Source: Obrimoposthia wandeli (Eukaryota). Taken from it: a stretch of 64,000 bases of DNA. Position numbers and translations under genes: made by a program. Below the pieces are notes generated by a model. That model saw nothing but the letters and a program-made list of their open reading frames with translations. It ran no database searches and was not told the origin of the DNA. The stretch's first letter is position 1. Each line of letters begins with the position of its first letter. Positions 20,176 to 33,699 of the stretch are shown here, piece after piece. The stretch is taken from contig CDROCS010000752.1 in the NCBI GenBank assembly GCA_977020255.1, positions 62,001-126,000 of the forward strand, written 5' to 3'.

Positions 20176-21145
20176 AATCACTCATCGATGACAAATCACT
20201 CATCAATGACAAATCACTCATCAATGACAAATCACTCATCGATGACAAATCACTCATCGATGACAAATCACTCATCAATGACAAATCACTCATCGATGAC
20301 AAATCACTCATCAATGACAAATCACTCATCGATGACAAATCACTCATCAATAACAAATCACTCATCGATGACAAATCACTCATCGATGACAAATCACTCA
20401 TCGATGACAAATCACTCATCGATGACAAATCACTCATCCATGACAAATCACTCATCCATGACAAATCACTCATCCATGACAAATCACTCATCAATGACAA
20501 ATCACTCATCAATGACAAATCACTCATCGATGACAAATCACTCATCAATGACAAATCACTCATCGATGACAAATCACTCATCGATGACAAATCGTAAATC
20601 CGATAAATTAATTTTCGTACTAAAATATCCTCTAAATTTAATCATCAAAATCATCAATTTTATTTTTTTAAGGCTCGTTATTTTTTTCAATAACTCATCA
20701 ATGACAAATTACTCATCGATGACAAATCACTCATCAATGACAAATCACTCATTGATGACAAATCACTCATCGATGACAAATCACTCATCAATGACAAATC
20801 ACTCATCGATTACAAATCACTCATCAATGACAAATCACTCATCAATGACAAATCACTCATCAATGACAAATCACTCATCGATGACAAATCACTCATCAAT
20901 GACAAATCATTCATCCATGACAAATCACTCATCCATGACAAATCACTCATCCATGACAAATCACTCATTGATGACAAATCACTCATCGATGACAAATCAC
21001 TCATCAATGACAAATCACTCATCGATGACAAATCACTCATCGATGGCAAATCGTAAATCCGATAAATTAATTTTCGTACTAAAATATCCTCTAAATTTAA
21101 TCATCAAAATCATCAATTTTATTTTTTTAAGGTTCGTTATTTTTC
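20176..21145. repeat. 18-bp satellite (TCATCGATGACAAATCAC)n in two blocks (~23 and ~20 units), each followed by the same ~100-bp AT-rich segment
   Basis: Blocks 20176-20593 and 20693-21052. The non-repeat segment starts at 20594 and again at 21053. Confidence 0.97.
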
Positions 21146-21312
21146 AAACGCATTATTTGTATTAATCTTTATTTGTGTAAACTAAGGAAACCATCTGTTG
21201 AAGATAAATCAAAACATCATCCTTCTTATTGACATATTTGACATTCCAGCATAAAACATTGAAACATTGAATCTCTTATATACTACAATGGTAGTGTTTA
21301 TTTATTTTGAAA

Positions 21313-21356
21313 CCGCGGAAGTGTTTTCGATATAGTTAAACAAAACACTTCCGCGG
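21313..21356. repeat. Perfect 15-bp inverted repeat with 14-nt spacer
   Basis: CCGCGGAAGTGTTTT ... AAAACACTTCCGCGG. Confidence 0.85.
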
Positions 21357-23589
21357 CCTTGTTTACTTATATTTAAAATTAGGTGCGATTTTAATTGCAA
21401 CAATTTGACGTAATGGATATATTAAGTAAAATAATAAACATGACTTGTTCCGATAGCTTTTAAAGCTGCAAAACAAATTGTAACTCGACCAGTAACGGTT
21501 TTAGCTTATAAATATTAAAGCCACCAGTAGGACAAGGATTGACTCCATATTGATTTCGAACTTGTGGTACCCTGTGTATAATATTTTCGTTATTCACTTT
21601 CCAGTGTTTGATGTATCCAGTCCTAGTACACTTCCTTTCCGAAAGGACTGGTTTACACACACGTATGTGTGTGGACAATGATATGCAAATAATTAATGCG
21701 CTTATAATATCATTATATATTGTGCAAGATTTAAAGAGTAATTCTTCTCTGTGACAGATGTCCGGAGTGACTGGCCGTATTTGTATAAATTTATTCCTAT
21801 CTACTGTTATAGAATATGAATACGGTAAAGTTGACATATAACACAGCCAAGCTTGATGGTGTTATTATGTATATGCAACAGGTCACTCATTTTACAACGG
21901 ACTCAAAGAGCACGTTGTTAGGATGACCAGCATCAAACCAGACATATGATGTATAATATTTTCATATGTCTTTCAATATTGCATTAAAGTAGTGCTACGG
22001 CAATATTTACTCTCGGTCCATGAGGTTGTAAAACCTAGTGTGGTTGACTGAATACGGTAAAGATCGCTAATATATTGTGTTTTAAATTTATACTCAAATT
22101 TTTTATCATATCATGTGTGAATTATACTGAATGACTTTTGTTAGGTGTAACTAACCTGTTTTATAAATTGCAAATTGTTGAATTAAGTTGTTTTCTATAC
22201 CTGACCATTTTGTGAATATGTAATCTATCAAGTTGCATATTGTGAGACACCTATCCACATGCAGTGGCGATAAAACAACATTTTAACATGCACGGCCATA
22301 AGCTACAGTAAAGCAGAAATGTATCTTCAGATAATTGAAACTAATCAGGATAGGCCTTCCACACAAGTCCTATGCCTTTTGAGAACTCACGCACTAGAGA
22401 CGTCCTTAAGAAGTGTAACAGCTGTAGTCTCAACAGAAGGACGAAAATATTTTGTGACAAGTTTGTCAAACTCATTTGAAATTGAAATATTTCATAAACT
22501 ACAAAGAAGAATAAGATTTAAAGCTACACATGATACATGAATACAGCATGGAATGTGTTGATAAGTTTGGCCGACTGACTGAGTGATATCGCATTGAAAT
22601 AAGATCAAGAAAGTGATATTTTCTGCTTCTTTTTCACATTCAATTGATGCTGCTTAGGTGAATTCACACAAATTGTATGAGATTGAAAATTCAGATAGCA
22701 GATTATTAGATATAAAAATGTTAAATCATATGAATCATAAATGGTAGTAAAAAGAAATGCGCAGTTTATAAAACTAAGAAAGTGATAAAAGAATGCAAGA
22801 CTTCTTCAAAAATATTAATAAGAAATTTAATTTTCATCATCCATAGTCCTTATTTGAGGACCATTGTTTTTTGAAAATGTTTCTTACAATATTGACGTGT
22901 TCTTTTGTACATCGTATTATTTCCACCTAAACAGTAAATATTAATCGCTTGTATACGTGAAATACGTTATATTAAAATGTCTGGAATTAAATGGGTTAAA
23001 TAAAATTAATCTTAAAATTGTTCAACAAAAGCTGCTCGCTTGCGTCAAAATTTTAAATTTCAAAACGTGCGATAAAATGCTGTTCAATATGTTTTAAAAG
23101 TAAAACTTATTATAGTTAATAAAAATACCTTTTTTGAAAATGCAAATTTGTTGATGGTGTTATTACGCAACCACACGCTACCTTGATATAAAGAGCACTT
23201 AGGTCTTGTGTAGGTCTCCTTAGATACTTGTCGGTTCTCCATCAGTATCCTGGCTCCTGTCTTCTCATTCTCCTTCTTCACCGTTTGATACTCTTCTCAT
23301 CGCAATACCTCATTAGCTTGTGATGGATTAAAGAGAAAGGAATAAACAAACAACGTACGGTCGTTATATCAATTGTATATATTGTCCTGTATTTTTGTTC
23401 TAGATTTTAGCTTTTCGAATTTCCAAAAAATTTAAATTGTATATTAATAATTTATCTTGTTTGTCGAATTTCCAATAAAAAACACTGTTAAACCACATAA
23501 CAAAATATAGTTTTAGCTACTTGGCCATCACAGAAATATAGTGCTATAAAATTTGTGTTTCTGTAAATTTGTTCATGCCTATTTTTATA

Positions 23590-24140
23590 AAAGAAAAACA
23601 GAAACGAGATAGTGTGCGAGACTGCACTTGTTGGTAGAGGAGGTCAGGGAGATGTAGTGATACTGAACACACCCGCGCACACACACAGAGCGCCGACCAC
23701 CACACGCAGTAACACAATACTCGATAGGGAATTAGACTGGTGGTAGAGGAGAGGAGAAGAAGGAAGATTTGGTTCCCGTCCGACCGTGGGCATTTCACAA
23801 GTCGTACTGGTAGCAACTGCCGTCGCTGCTGCTGTTGTTATCGCGATATTGTGCCATTCAGATATAGGCCATCATCATATCAGCAGCAGTAGTGTGAAAT
23901 GTCACTACGTCGACCGGAAGAGGTAGCGACAGTGTCAAAAGCCGTTGTGCTAGTGGCTAGGATCAAAGAAGGAGTGCATCAGTGACTGGTAGGGAGAGAT
24001 TGTCGTTGGTGGTAAAGGGACAAAGGCAATCGCTAGACGCTGTCTGGTGGGGTATTAGGAGCTGGGCGGAATTCTCGATTGTCAAAAATCACCTTATTAT
24101 CTCGGGCCGACTTCCTAATATAATAATACCTCCCTGATTG
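23590..24140. other. GC-rich island, probably TE/LTR-derived
   Basis: Abrupt GC shift and a PBS-like TGGTTCCCGTCCGA at 23770. No convincing ORF. Confidence 0.3.
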
Positions 24141-26689
24141 TGGGTATTTCAGATTTTACAAAATGTAAATTTAAGTGAATTGATTAAAATTTCAATTACT
24201 TTTTATTAGGTCTGTATCCCAAAACAGTTACCTAACCACAGTTGGCTTTTAAACATTTAATGACACGTACATTTAAACGTTGTGGTGTTCGGTAGCAATG
24301 TTACAAGGCAAGTAAACAAGCTTTATATAGGGTTGATAAATTTACAGACAGTACAAGTGTCCAAGAACAATGCAAATTTTCATTTCTGTCTTGTCGTTTT
24401 TTGTCAATCTACTTTACATTTTCTACGAATATTTTCATGGTCATTCACAGTATTGAGTAAACTGGTTTATTGTCTATACTGGTATATTTGCCGTCCTTAT
24501 CATAGGCGAAACTAGTAAAATTTGCACCCTAGATAGGAAACAACATTTACACATTTATAAAGAAAATTGTATCCACGAAGAAACCAATCAATTTTCTACA
24601 GTTTAATAATAAACACTGAAGTTTCTGAAAATAGTTTGTATTACGAACAACGTTAGTTTTTAAATTTATAATAGATTTTAAATTATAGTGAATTGAATTT
24701 TTATAGTGAATTTGAAATTTGTAAAAAATATTTTACCAGAATTCTTTTCACCATAAACTGCATCACAAGACAAAAAGACAACGTATGTAGCTACCCTTAA
24801 AACAAATTTTATCAAAAATATTTACGTTAAAAAAAGAAATACATTCCCGACAATTTTGTAAGTGGCCAACTACCAAAAATGCAGATCATCTACAACTGTC
24901 GAATTAAATATTACAATTGCCATGCTTATTCGTGGCCAGAAATATTAGTTAATTTATAAAACACTAATCTGATGCATCATTACTGTACTCAACGAAAAAA
25001 TTAATTTGACAAATTTCCTCTCCCATACAGATCTTACCACTGTTTATTGCACCACTACTGTTGCTACTCACTCTTATTAGACGTGTTTTATCTGAGAAAA
25101 TAATTGTTCACACTGGTGGGTACTTCCAAACATTGATTTAATTTGTATTGGATCCTCAAAAAGTTCAGTGTATTCTTTTTTTATTTAAATACTTCTTATA
25201 AAATGAACAACTTTCTCAGAGTCCTTGTTTTGAAGTTCTATTAATTCCATCAGATATTTATCCTTGATTTCAGAAACATCCACAGAAAAACAGTCCAGAT
25301 CACGAAATGACAAAGAAGACTTTGAAAAGAGGTCGCAAAGTTTTGATACGTTCTTTTCAAAAATGCATATAAATTCAAGATAATTTTCATACCGGTCCTT
25401 TGACAATTATACATTCCCCAACCATGTTTCCCATTATATCACTGATTAAATAACGTTTCTACACCTCGACGCAATCAGCAACCTCAAGTTTGCATTGAAT
25501 TCGGTCCCTGGCACCACTTCTGTCGTGCAAAGGAAATAGAACGTAACTAGCATAAGGCAATTTTGCAAAGTTATGAAAAAGTTGAGAATTTAGTTCATGT
25601 GAATATCTAAAAAAATGTATGACATGAGTCAGTAAATTTTTGAAGTTGAAGTTTAGAATTCAACTAAAATTTCCCTTTCAAAAAGAATTTTCTACGCATT
25701 TTCTTCGAGTGAAATTTTAGCTAAATCAGATATCCCTCCATTTATTATTTACTCATTTTTATAATTTTCACAAATTTCCAAAGTTGATACAAAATATAAA
25801 AAATCATAAAATTCGAGAAAAAGAAAAATTTATTTACAAAAATTTGTAATAAAAGTTTTACTAAACCAAAATATTTAAATCAATATATGATAAATCAACT
25901 GCAGTTAGAAAAATTAAATGTCAAGAAAATCAATGAAATCTTCAAAGAATACATTTTGTTAATAATCTTGATTTAATTAGGCAATTTCTTATTTTAGATT
26001 GTACTCCAATTTTTAAGAAATCTTTATGTTGATATTTAATAAAATTAAAGATAATCACATGTTTAATATACTTTATTTAAAATATCTATATTATATTTTA
26101 CATAAAATGTTTAAAAAATCTGAAATAGTTGTTATCAGTAACATTAGTTTGAATTTTAAAATATTTCCCATACCTCTGAAAAGCCTGGGTAGACTTGTGT
26201 GTTTATGATATATGACAAATTTTACAAGCACAATCTACAGTTTAATATCGGTGAAAATTTTGTGCTGAGGACTAAGTACTAGAACCAACAGATTTCGATT
26301 CATTGATTTTCAATTGAAATTGTTTCTCAATAATCGTTATGAAACATGGCTATTTAACTCGATATATTTTAGCTGTCACATTTACGTCTATTTTGTTTCT
26401 ATCAATATAACTGCTAGATTTAAATTTTAGTGTTAAGTTCGAATTTTGGGTTGCAAAGTCAAAAAGTCGAAGTATTAAAAGTCAGATATCAACGTATTTT
26501 AACGGGGCCTGGGCCGTATTTAGACTTGAGGAGGCCCTTGGCTAATATAATGGGTGGAGCATTCATTACGTAGAATCACCATCAACAGTTATTCAATTTA
26601 CCGAAAATGTTATTCAGTGCTTTTATCTTGACGGTCCTGATGGACTACATTATCAATTTTATGGTGTCGCTTAAGTTTCTCCCGTCTGC

Positions 26690-26870
26690 AATATTTGTGG
26701 ATGGAAAAATAGATTCAAAAAATACTGTCAAGTATTTGGAGAAAGCTTAGTACTTATAATGATAACTTTCAACGAGACAGGGGATTAGCTCAATCTGAAG
26801 AATGTCAATTATACACTTAAAATGCGGTGTTCCTCGGGATTCCATTCTTATTCAAGTCCCATTTTCGATT
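26690..26870 (+). mobile_element. Non-LTR retrotransposon RT relic
   Basis: CGVPRDSIL resembles the GVPQGSIL motif. Confidence 0.4.
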
Positions 26871-28399
26871 TAGACTTCGTGCTGACATACAACTTTATGG
26901 CAACAAGTTGTTTGAGGAATACCTTACCCACCTCCACGCATCTCTCCGCGAGAATGACTACCTCATTGTCGGTTTGAGGGGCTAATGTTTTGCTGGTAGT
27001 ATACGAGGTACTTAGTTTCAAGATAATAATATAGCCCGTGTTTATGTCATATCTGTCGCAAATATATCACAACGCGACATGTACAGTGCGCTATGTATCT
27101 AGGCTGGTCACACTATAAATGTAAACTAATGTAATTGGAGAGCCTACACCCGAATAGTTTTATATATCATATTCCGCTATGATTAATCCCTTGTTTATCA
27201 TTGCTGACTTGTACACTCTGCGACAAAAAGGGATACATCTGGCGTATATGTTAATCTACTGTTATTTCGCCATTTATAATAATATTTTTATTTACACGAA
27301 AATTATTTAAAAATGTATCTAATAATTTCGTTTAATGTCAAATTTATTGGATTTCGAAAGATGTAGATATATTGTAGATACATCCATATAGAGATCCCCG
27401 GAACATATTTAATGACTCAGAATCAACAATACGAAGATGGCGAAAGCGATATTGTAACAAAGGTATTTATCATTTCAGTTTTCAGAAAGTTTTCTAAAAA
27501 TAATAATAGAAAATCTAACCAAGGTTTCCTCAGAAGCTGAAGATTTATTGTTAAATGAAATAACAAAGAGCAACAGATTGGTTCCATTTACAAGATTAGG
27601 AAGATATTGGAAACACGATATAACCAGGACTGCACAAAAAAGATCAAATTCATTTGGTTTATATTCTTGTGTTATAGCTAAAACATTCACCAATCCTATA
27701 AAAACGGAATGAAAAGGAAACTTGATATCATGAATATTCCCATTGGAAAGATGAATGGAATAACATCAAATAAAAGTTGATTTAAGTTAGATTGTACCTC
27801 GTATGATAAATGAAAGGGTACCTTGTTGTATAAAAAACATAACCACTGTGGTAAAGAATTAATAATATGGTGTTCTATGTGGTACAATTAAAAAGTGAAT
27901 GTATCATTTTCGAAAGAAACCTTAAACACAAACAATAAATCGAAATAATAATTTTGCACAAGTTTTACCGATAATACAAGTGCAAGTCTCGTAATTCAAC
28001 AGGATTCAACAAAATACGTTCATAAATTTCCTTCCGATAATGATATTCCAGTTCTTTGTTGACCTTCAAAGAGTCCTGATATGTCTTCAATCTTTGGGAC
28101 GAAATGGGCAGATCTCAAAATTTAATTTAATCACAAAGAGCAGTTAGTATCTGTGAAAAACGAATAAAAACTTCAAGAATTCAAATATATTTCTCCTACT
28201 CAATTCTCAATATTAAAACAAACACTTTAAAAAAACATTAAATAGAATTAGAAATTATTAATCATTTCTAATTAAATGTCACAGTATCTTTCATTCTCAA
28301 TCTCTCACATTTGTTGGGGACCCAGTAGTAAAGTTATAAATTGATATATCCATTTTTATGTAATTCCTATTTCCATGCCTAATTATGTTCCCTTTTTCA

Positions 28400-29110
28400 T
28401 TTGAATTTTTGCAGTAATTTGAAGAAATTGGATCGGTAAAAGATGTACCTAAAAGTGGAAAACATACTACAATAATAACCAAAGCAAAGGTAAATTAAAT
28501 TGAAAAAAGGTTTACTAGGAGTCTGCAAGGGACTACTCTCAAGATCTGGGTATTAGCCATATAAGCGTTTTGAAGTTGCTAAAGAAAGTGATATTCCACG
28601 TTTGGTGCACACATTAAAAAATATAAATTCAAACCGACGAGTCGAATTTTCTGAGATTTTTTTGTGAAGTGTAGAAGAAGACAGATAATCTTAGATAGGG
28701 TGTGGTGGTTACATAAACTGATATATTTGTGTTTAATAGTCATTTCTAAATGTACATTTACCCGTCGTCGCTATTAGGGCTGCTACTTCATCGTCTGGAA
28801 TTATAGGACCTTTCATTTATTTAAAAACATTCAATGGTGAAAGACACCTTAACATGCAAACCAATATAATTTTGGTAACAAATTCAAAAACTGTAGTGGC
28901 CTGTCCGATGACCTATTAAGCGCCAAACCATTTATTTTTGTGGAGAGTTATTAAGGATCTCGTGTTTGCTCAGAAACTTCAAGAACTTAGAGAAACTATC
29001 GCAGAGCAATTTGCAACGATTGGCATTGAATTGTGTCAACATTTTGCCGAATTGTTTGTGGCAGATTCAAGAATTGTGCAGTTTGAAAACTAAGAAAAGT
29101 TTGCCTTTAT
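28400..29110 (+). mobile_element. Tc1/mariner-superfamily transposase relic
   Basis: SSSGIIGPFIY..TFNGERHLNM; WP; FLWRVIKDLVF..KLQELRETI, spread across shifted frames. Confidence 0.6.
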
Positions 29111-30074
29111 GTTGCTTATATGTAAAATTTGACTTCATCAAAAAGTTGATAACAAAAAGTGTTTGTTTTAACTTGAAAATCAGGTGAAACTTTCTCAAAA
29201 AAATGTATATATATCAAAAATTACATGAAAAATAAAATGGTTATTAGATGCAAATTTGGCCACGATTCAGCAGATAAATAATAAGATTTTCTTTTAAGGA
29301 AAACATCTAGAATTCGTCTGTATATATCGAGAGAAGGGACTATTATGGCTATTCAAGATCAGATTTTCAGTTTTCACTGCTCTATAATTTTCCAACTAAA
29401 CATTTGAATCGCCTCCAAATTATTCTTAACAAAGCTGCAGGATTAATATTCCAACTACAAAAAGAGATATAAGATATGGTGTTATGCTAAGACTGTATTG
29501 GCTGTCGATAAAAGTTAGAATTGAATTGAAATCTTCTTAATTATTCAGAAAAGCAGTCTTTTTTATTAATCTGTTTGATATAATTTAACTTTTCAAAATA
29601 TATGACATTGATAAGGGAAGAGTAGTCAAAGTTAATTATAAAAGCCTTGGACAAAATACAAAGACTAAATTTTAAAAGATCGTTGAAAACCGCGTTTCAT
29701 ACATATGTATTTGAATATTTTTGAAAATTATTGACCATTACTTTGGTGTTCCGTAATTAAACTGTACATCAATCATTTATTTCACCGTAGTTTTCTAAAA
29801 TAAAATTATTATTATTCGTATTCGAACATTAGATTTTTTGATAATTCATTATCAAATATATATTTATCATTCATTAAGTTTATATAATTCACAAAACAGG
29901 GATGGAAAAAAATATAGGTACTTTTTATAATTGTGTATTTTTAACGTACCCAGCGAAATTACATACATTTTAAAATATGCTAGGAGAATGTAAGAATCTA
30001 AATGAAATTACAAAAAAGTAATTATATTGTTATGAAAAAAGAGAAAGTTCTTCTGATACGCGAATCCCGATAAA

Positions 30075-30971
30075 CTACAGTTTTTCAATTAATAAGGACT
30101 TTTCGATAGTTTCAAGGTTTACATTTTCAATAACATTTTCTTCGGTATCATTGAAGTGTATTTCATAGTTTTTTCTGAACCACAAGACGGCTGTGGCGAA
30201 GAGAATGACAAACAACAGTACTAGAAATGTCAGAAAGACAATCAACATACTTCTAATACCAGAATTAGTTGAGGTTTTCGAATCCGAACTAATATCATTT
30301 TCGAATGGATTGGGACAAATTTCTAACTGGTTCTTTACTGAACACATACTCAAATTCAGTATTATTAAATCCAATTCGAAACTTGTTTTTGAAGGTTCGA
30401 GATAGTACTGACGAGATTCTGTACCGTCGGAGTTGGCATTAAGACAGGAAAAACAAGAAGCCTCAAAGGAAAGCTCCATCAGTTTGTTGGCGCTTAGTGA
30501 AGTTACGTTTATGAAGCTGGGGAGAAAACCATATTCGAACGAATTGATTCGAAACTCTTTCAATTTGTTCATGTACATAAAAGAGTCACTCGACATTTTC
30601 CCGCTTATATTCGAGATGATCAAATACTTTATAGATCTGAATTCATTTTGAAAGGATTTCCACGACAAATTGTCCACAGAAATGTTCAGATAGACATTCA
30701 AGTCAGAAGGAAGCAAATTTTCAGTTGAAATCAGTTCCACATTTTGAACCTTTTCGCCATTTCCAATTACAATGTAATTTCTATCGAGCCACTGCCTTAA
30801 TTGGCATTCCAGTTGACGAGAAGCAGATGCTGGTGGTGGTAATGTATTCTGCAAGCACTGGATCGTTTGGCCATCTTGTATGAGGAAACACTTGGTTGGA
30901 CAGTTGACGTTACCGTTGACCGAGACTGAGAAAATAATCAAAAAAAGTCCGAATATTCCAATCGCCGTCAT
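30075..30971 (-). CDS. Single-exon type I membrane protein with signal peptide, LRRNT-like cap and LRR-like ectodomain (paralog A)
   Basis: Intact 298 aa: hydrophobic leader, NCPTKC...QC cap, LxxLxIxx repeats, Cys cap, 23-aa TM, short tail. Confidence 0.85.
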   Translation of the reverse strand: MTAIGIFGLFLIIFSVSVNGNVNCPTKCFLIQDGQTIQCLQNTLPPPASASRQLECQLRQWLDRNYIVIGNGEKVQNVELISTENLLPSDLNVYLNISVDNLSWKSFQNEFRSIKYLIISNISGKMSSDSFMYMNKLKEFRINSFEYGFLPSFINVTSLSANKLMELSFEASCFSCLNANSDGTESRQYYLEPSKTSFELDLIILNLSMCSVKNQLEICPNPFENDISSDSKTSTNSGIRSMLIVFLTFLVLLFVILFATAVLWFRKNYEIHFNDTEENVIENVNLETIEKSLLIEKL

Positions 30972-31521
30972 TTCATACGTTTCGTACTTTCTTATTGTGT
31001 AACCGGAAATAGCAGGAAATATTCAGCTAAATATTATTAATTAAATGTAATCAATTTGGACACACTTTACAATGTTCAATAAACGAAATGCACAATTAAA
31101 TTCAATTAAATTTAGTTTTAAAGACACACGTTCGAATTCGATGAAAACAATTATGAGAAACACACGCACACGCACACAAAATAGTACATCTATTGTACAT
31201 TGCAAATTAAAAGTTAAAATGAAATTTTGCAATCTGCTTATTCATTTATATCATTGACATTCTGATTTAAAACTAATTCAATTTAAAACAGTAATAAAGG
31301 TTTAAATTTATATTTTTATTTACCAATAACATTGACTTTATATGTAAAATTTTTAAAAACATTTTTTATGAAATTAAAATTTTGAATTACAAATATTATT
31401 GCTAAAAAATTATTTAAATCTTCAGTATGTAATTTTATAATATAAATGTTTAAAGTAATACAATGACAAGAAAATACAACATTAATATAAAAATAGATAA
31501 ATCTAAACCTTTCTACTGGAT

Positions 31522-31829
31522 CAGAGGTTCCCAAACGTTTTTAGCCGTGAAACCTTTAAAAAAATTTCCTTAGCTTGCGGAACCCCTTTTTTTATAAATG
31601 AACCCAGTTTTATCTAACTTAAATGAGACATTAAATATTATTTTCGAACATAGGACTTCATTTACTTTCATGGAACTTTCTTTAAAAATTCGTATACAAT
31701 GAAAATTACGTAAATCATATCATAGAACAAACAAAATGTTAAATAACAGAAATAAATAAACAGCCGACGGAACTCCTAATTTTTTGGCGGATCCCTGGGG
31801 TTCCGCAGAACACACTTTGGGAACCCCTG
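31522..31829. mobile_element. hAT MITE
   Basis: TIRs CAGAGGTTCCCAAA / TTTGGGAACCCCTG. Degenerate 8-bp TSD TACTGGAT / AACTAGAT. Confidence 0.8.
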
Positions 31830-33699
31830 AACTAGATAACTACAATGCCATTACATGCGATTATTACATTAAGATTTCAAAATGCTTTACAGTTTAATAT
31901 TCCAGCTTTCAATTCAATTACTAAGAAACTATTTTAAACAAGGGCGTCCAAATTATATTCAAATTTGAAAAAGTAAAGCTCCATTAGCCACCGTTCACTT
32001 CCAGAACTCGATAAAACTGAACTCCATGGGTAGAAAGTTGAATTCTATCACCTAATATAAAATGGAATTAACAACAAACACACACTAATAAAATCTTACC
32101 ATATAATACACTTAATCCAACTGATTAGTGCCGTTGTAAAAAGTTGGCACACAATCCTATAGTATAAGAATGAAATTAATAATAATACATAGTAAAACTT
32201 ACCGATAAAAACCGTATCTATCAAAAATTAATGGTGCCTTAAAAACTGAATAATTACTTACTATAGAAAGCATACAGTCACACACCTACAGGACATGAAA
32301 AAAAAATTGTGATTTTTTACTATAGGGTGTGTTAAAAATTGAATAGTGCTGTGAAAAGCCATTAGTGCAGCTTTTTTTTATTAAAATACATAGAAAATAT
32401 ACCCCCTAGTGATAAAAAGATGGTAGTTTATGAACTATTAATTGTTTTTTGATGATTCGGAGATTATTTTTTATAATATTACATTTTAAAAAAACTTTAG
32501 GATTGACCGTAACTCTGATATTGGTCGTCTTTCAGATAAAATCATAGGATAATGTTTTATTTCATAATTTAGAACATCCTCTAAGCTCAAAGATGCCTTG
32601 ATTGGAACATAAGACGGGCATCTTCGTTTTCAGCAACTACAAATAAAGAAAATTTGTAAACAGTTAGTGCTTTATTCCAAGACTCAGTCCGTCATATTTT
32701 TCTCGAATGTAGCTAATTATATCATCTTTGGTACTACAAAAAGTATTCATTCTTATATATAAAAATCGCAATTTGGACATATCTGCTTATTTTTTTAATG
32801 ATAAAATTAATTGTCACTTAAATACACTTAAAAACTACTGTTTAGGTAAGTTACAAGATATTTTGCCACGTGAAGTCTTAACGAATCTAGGACGTTTCGG
32901 ACTGGCTTTTTTAAAGACTCAATTTTCTTTTAAAAAAAACTAAGTATTTCTTATAAATTTACTCAAATCTTATTCTTTAATAATAATGACTCAAAAAAAT
33001 TATAAATTGACCAATAAAACCTATAAATTGATTCAAATCTAACTTTTTTAAAAAAATTCTAAAAAATAACCTATTAGAACACCATTTTCAAGTAAACTAA
33101 ATTATATAAATTATATAAAATTAAAATCTTATAAATTGGCCCAAAAAACCTAGTAGAATGAACATTATATTCAACTAAACTTAATTGACACAAAATATCT
33201 TATAAATCTTAATATGAGAAGATAAAAATTATTAAAAGTCCGAAACGTCCATCTCCAAAATGTCCGCACACCAGTCTTGACACACACTATTATTAAGATC
33301 TACTTTTTTAACTGATAAATAGTAATACAGTGTACTAAACGTGTTTGAAAAAAGGTTAGGGGTCGGATGAAACAAGAAATGTTATGTAAAAAATATATTT
33401 AGTCAGATGAAAGGTTGGATTTACAAAAAATTCATACACTGTAAAATCTGACACAGGAAAATTACACACCTATACGTCACGACACTCTTAATTATCACGT
33501 AACGCCCTAGCATTTACGACCTGGCAAAGTTTTAAAAATATTGTGTACAATTTAGTGACCCTCTAAATTTATTAGTTTTGGTTTCAATTAAGTACTTATA
33601 AGTAAAAGTACTTAAATGATAGTTATTTAAGCCCCCATCTAGACAGTAAAGTAATCTGCACTTTAAAATACTTACTTTTATATTTATATTTATGTAACA

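Noticed and set aside
20176-21145. CRISPR array
   Set aside because: Units are directly adjacent with no unique spacers, the context is eukaryotic, and there are no cas genes.
20102-21165. Repeat proteins (MTNHSS)n, (MSDLSS)n or (IDDKSL)n
   Set aside because: An 18-bp unit leaves stop-free frames by chance. There is no credible start or exon structure, and the intron-like 79-nt segment at 20594-20672 does not keep any repeat frame consistent.
21460-22700. Transposase in ORFs 21460-21837 and 22319-22540
   Set aside because: No catalytic motif could be placed with confidence.
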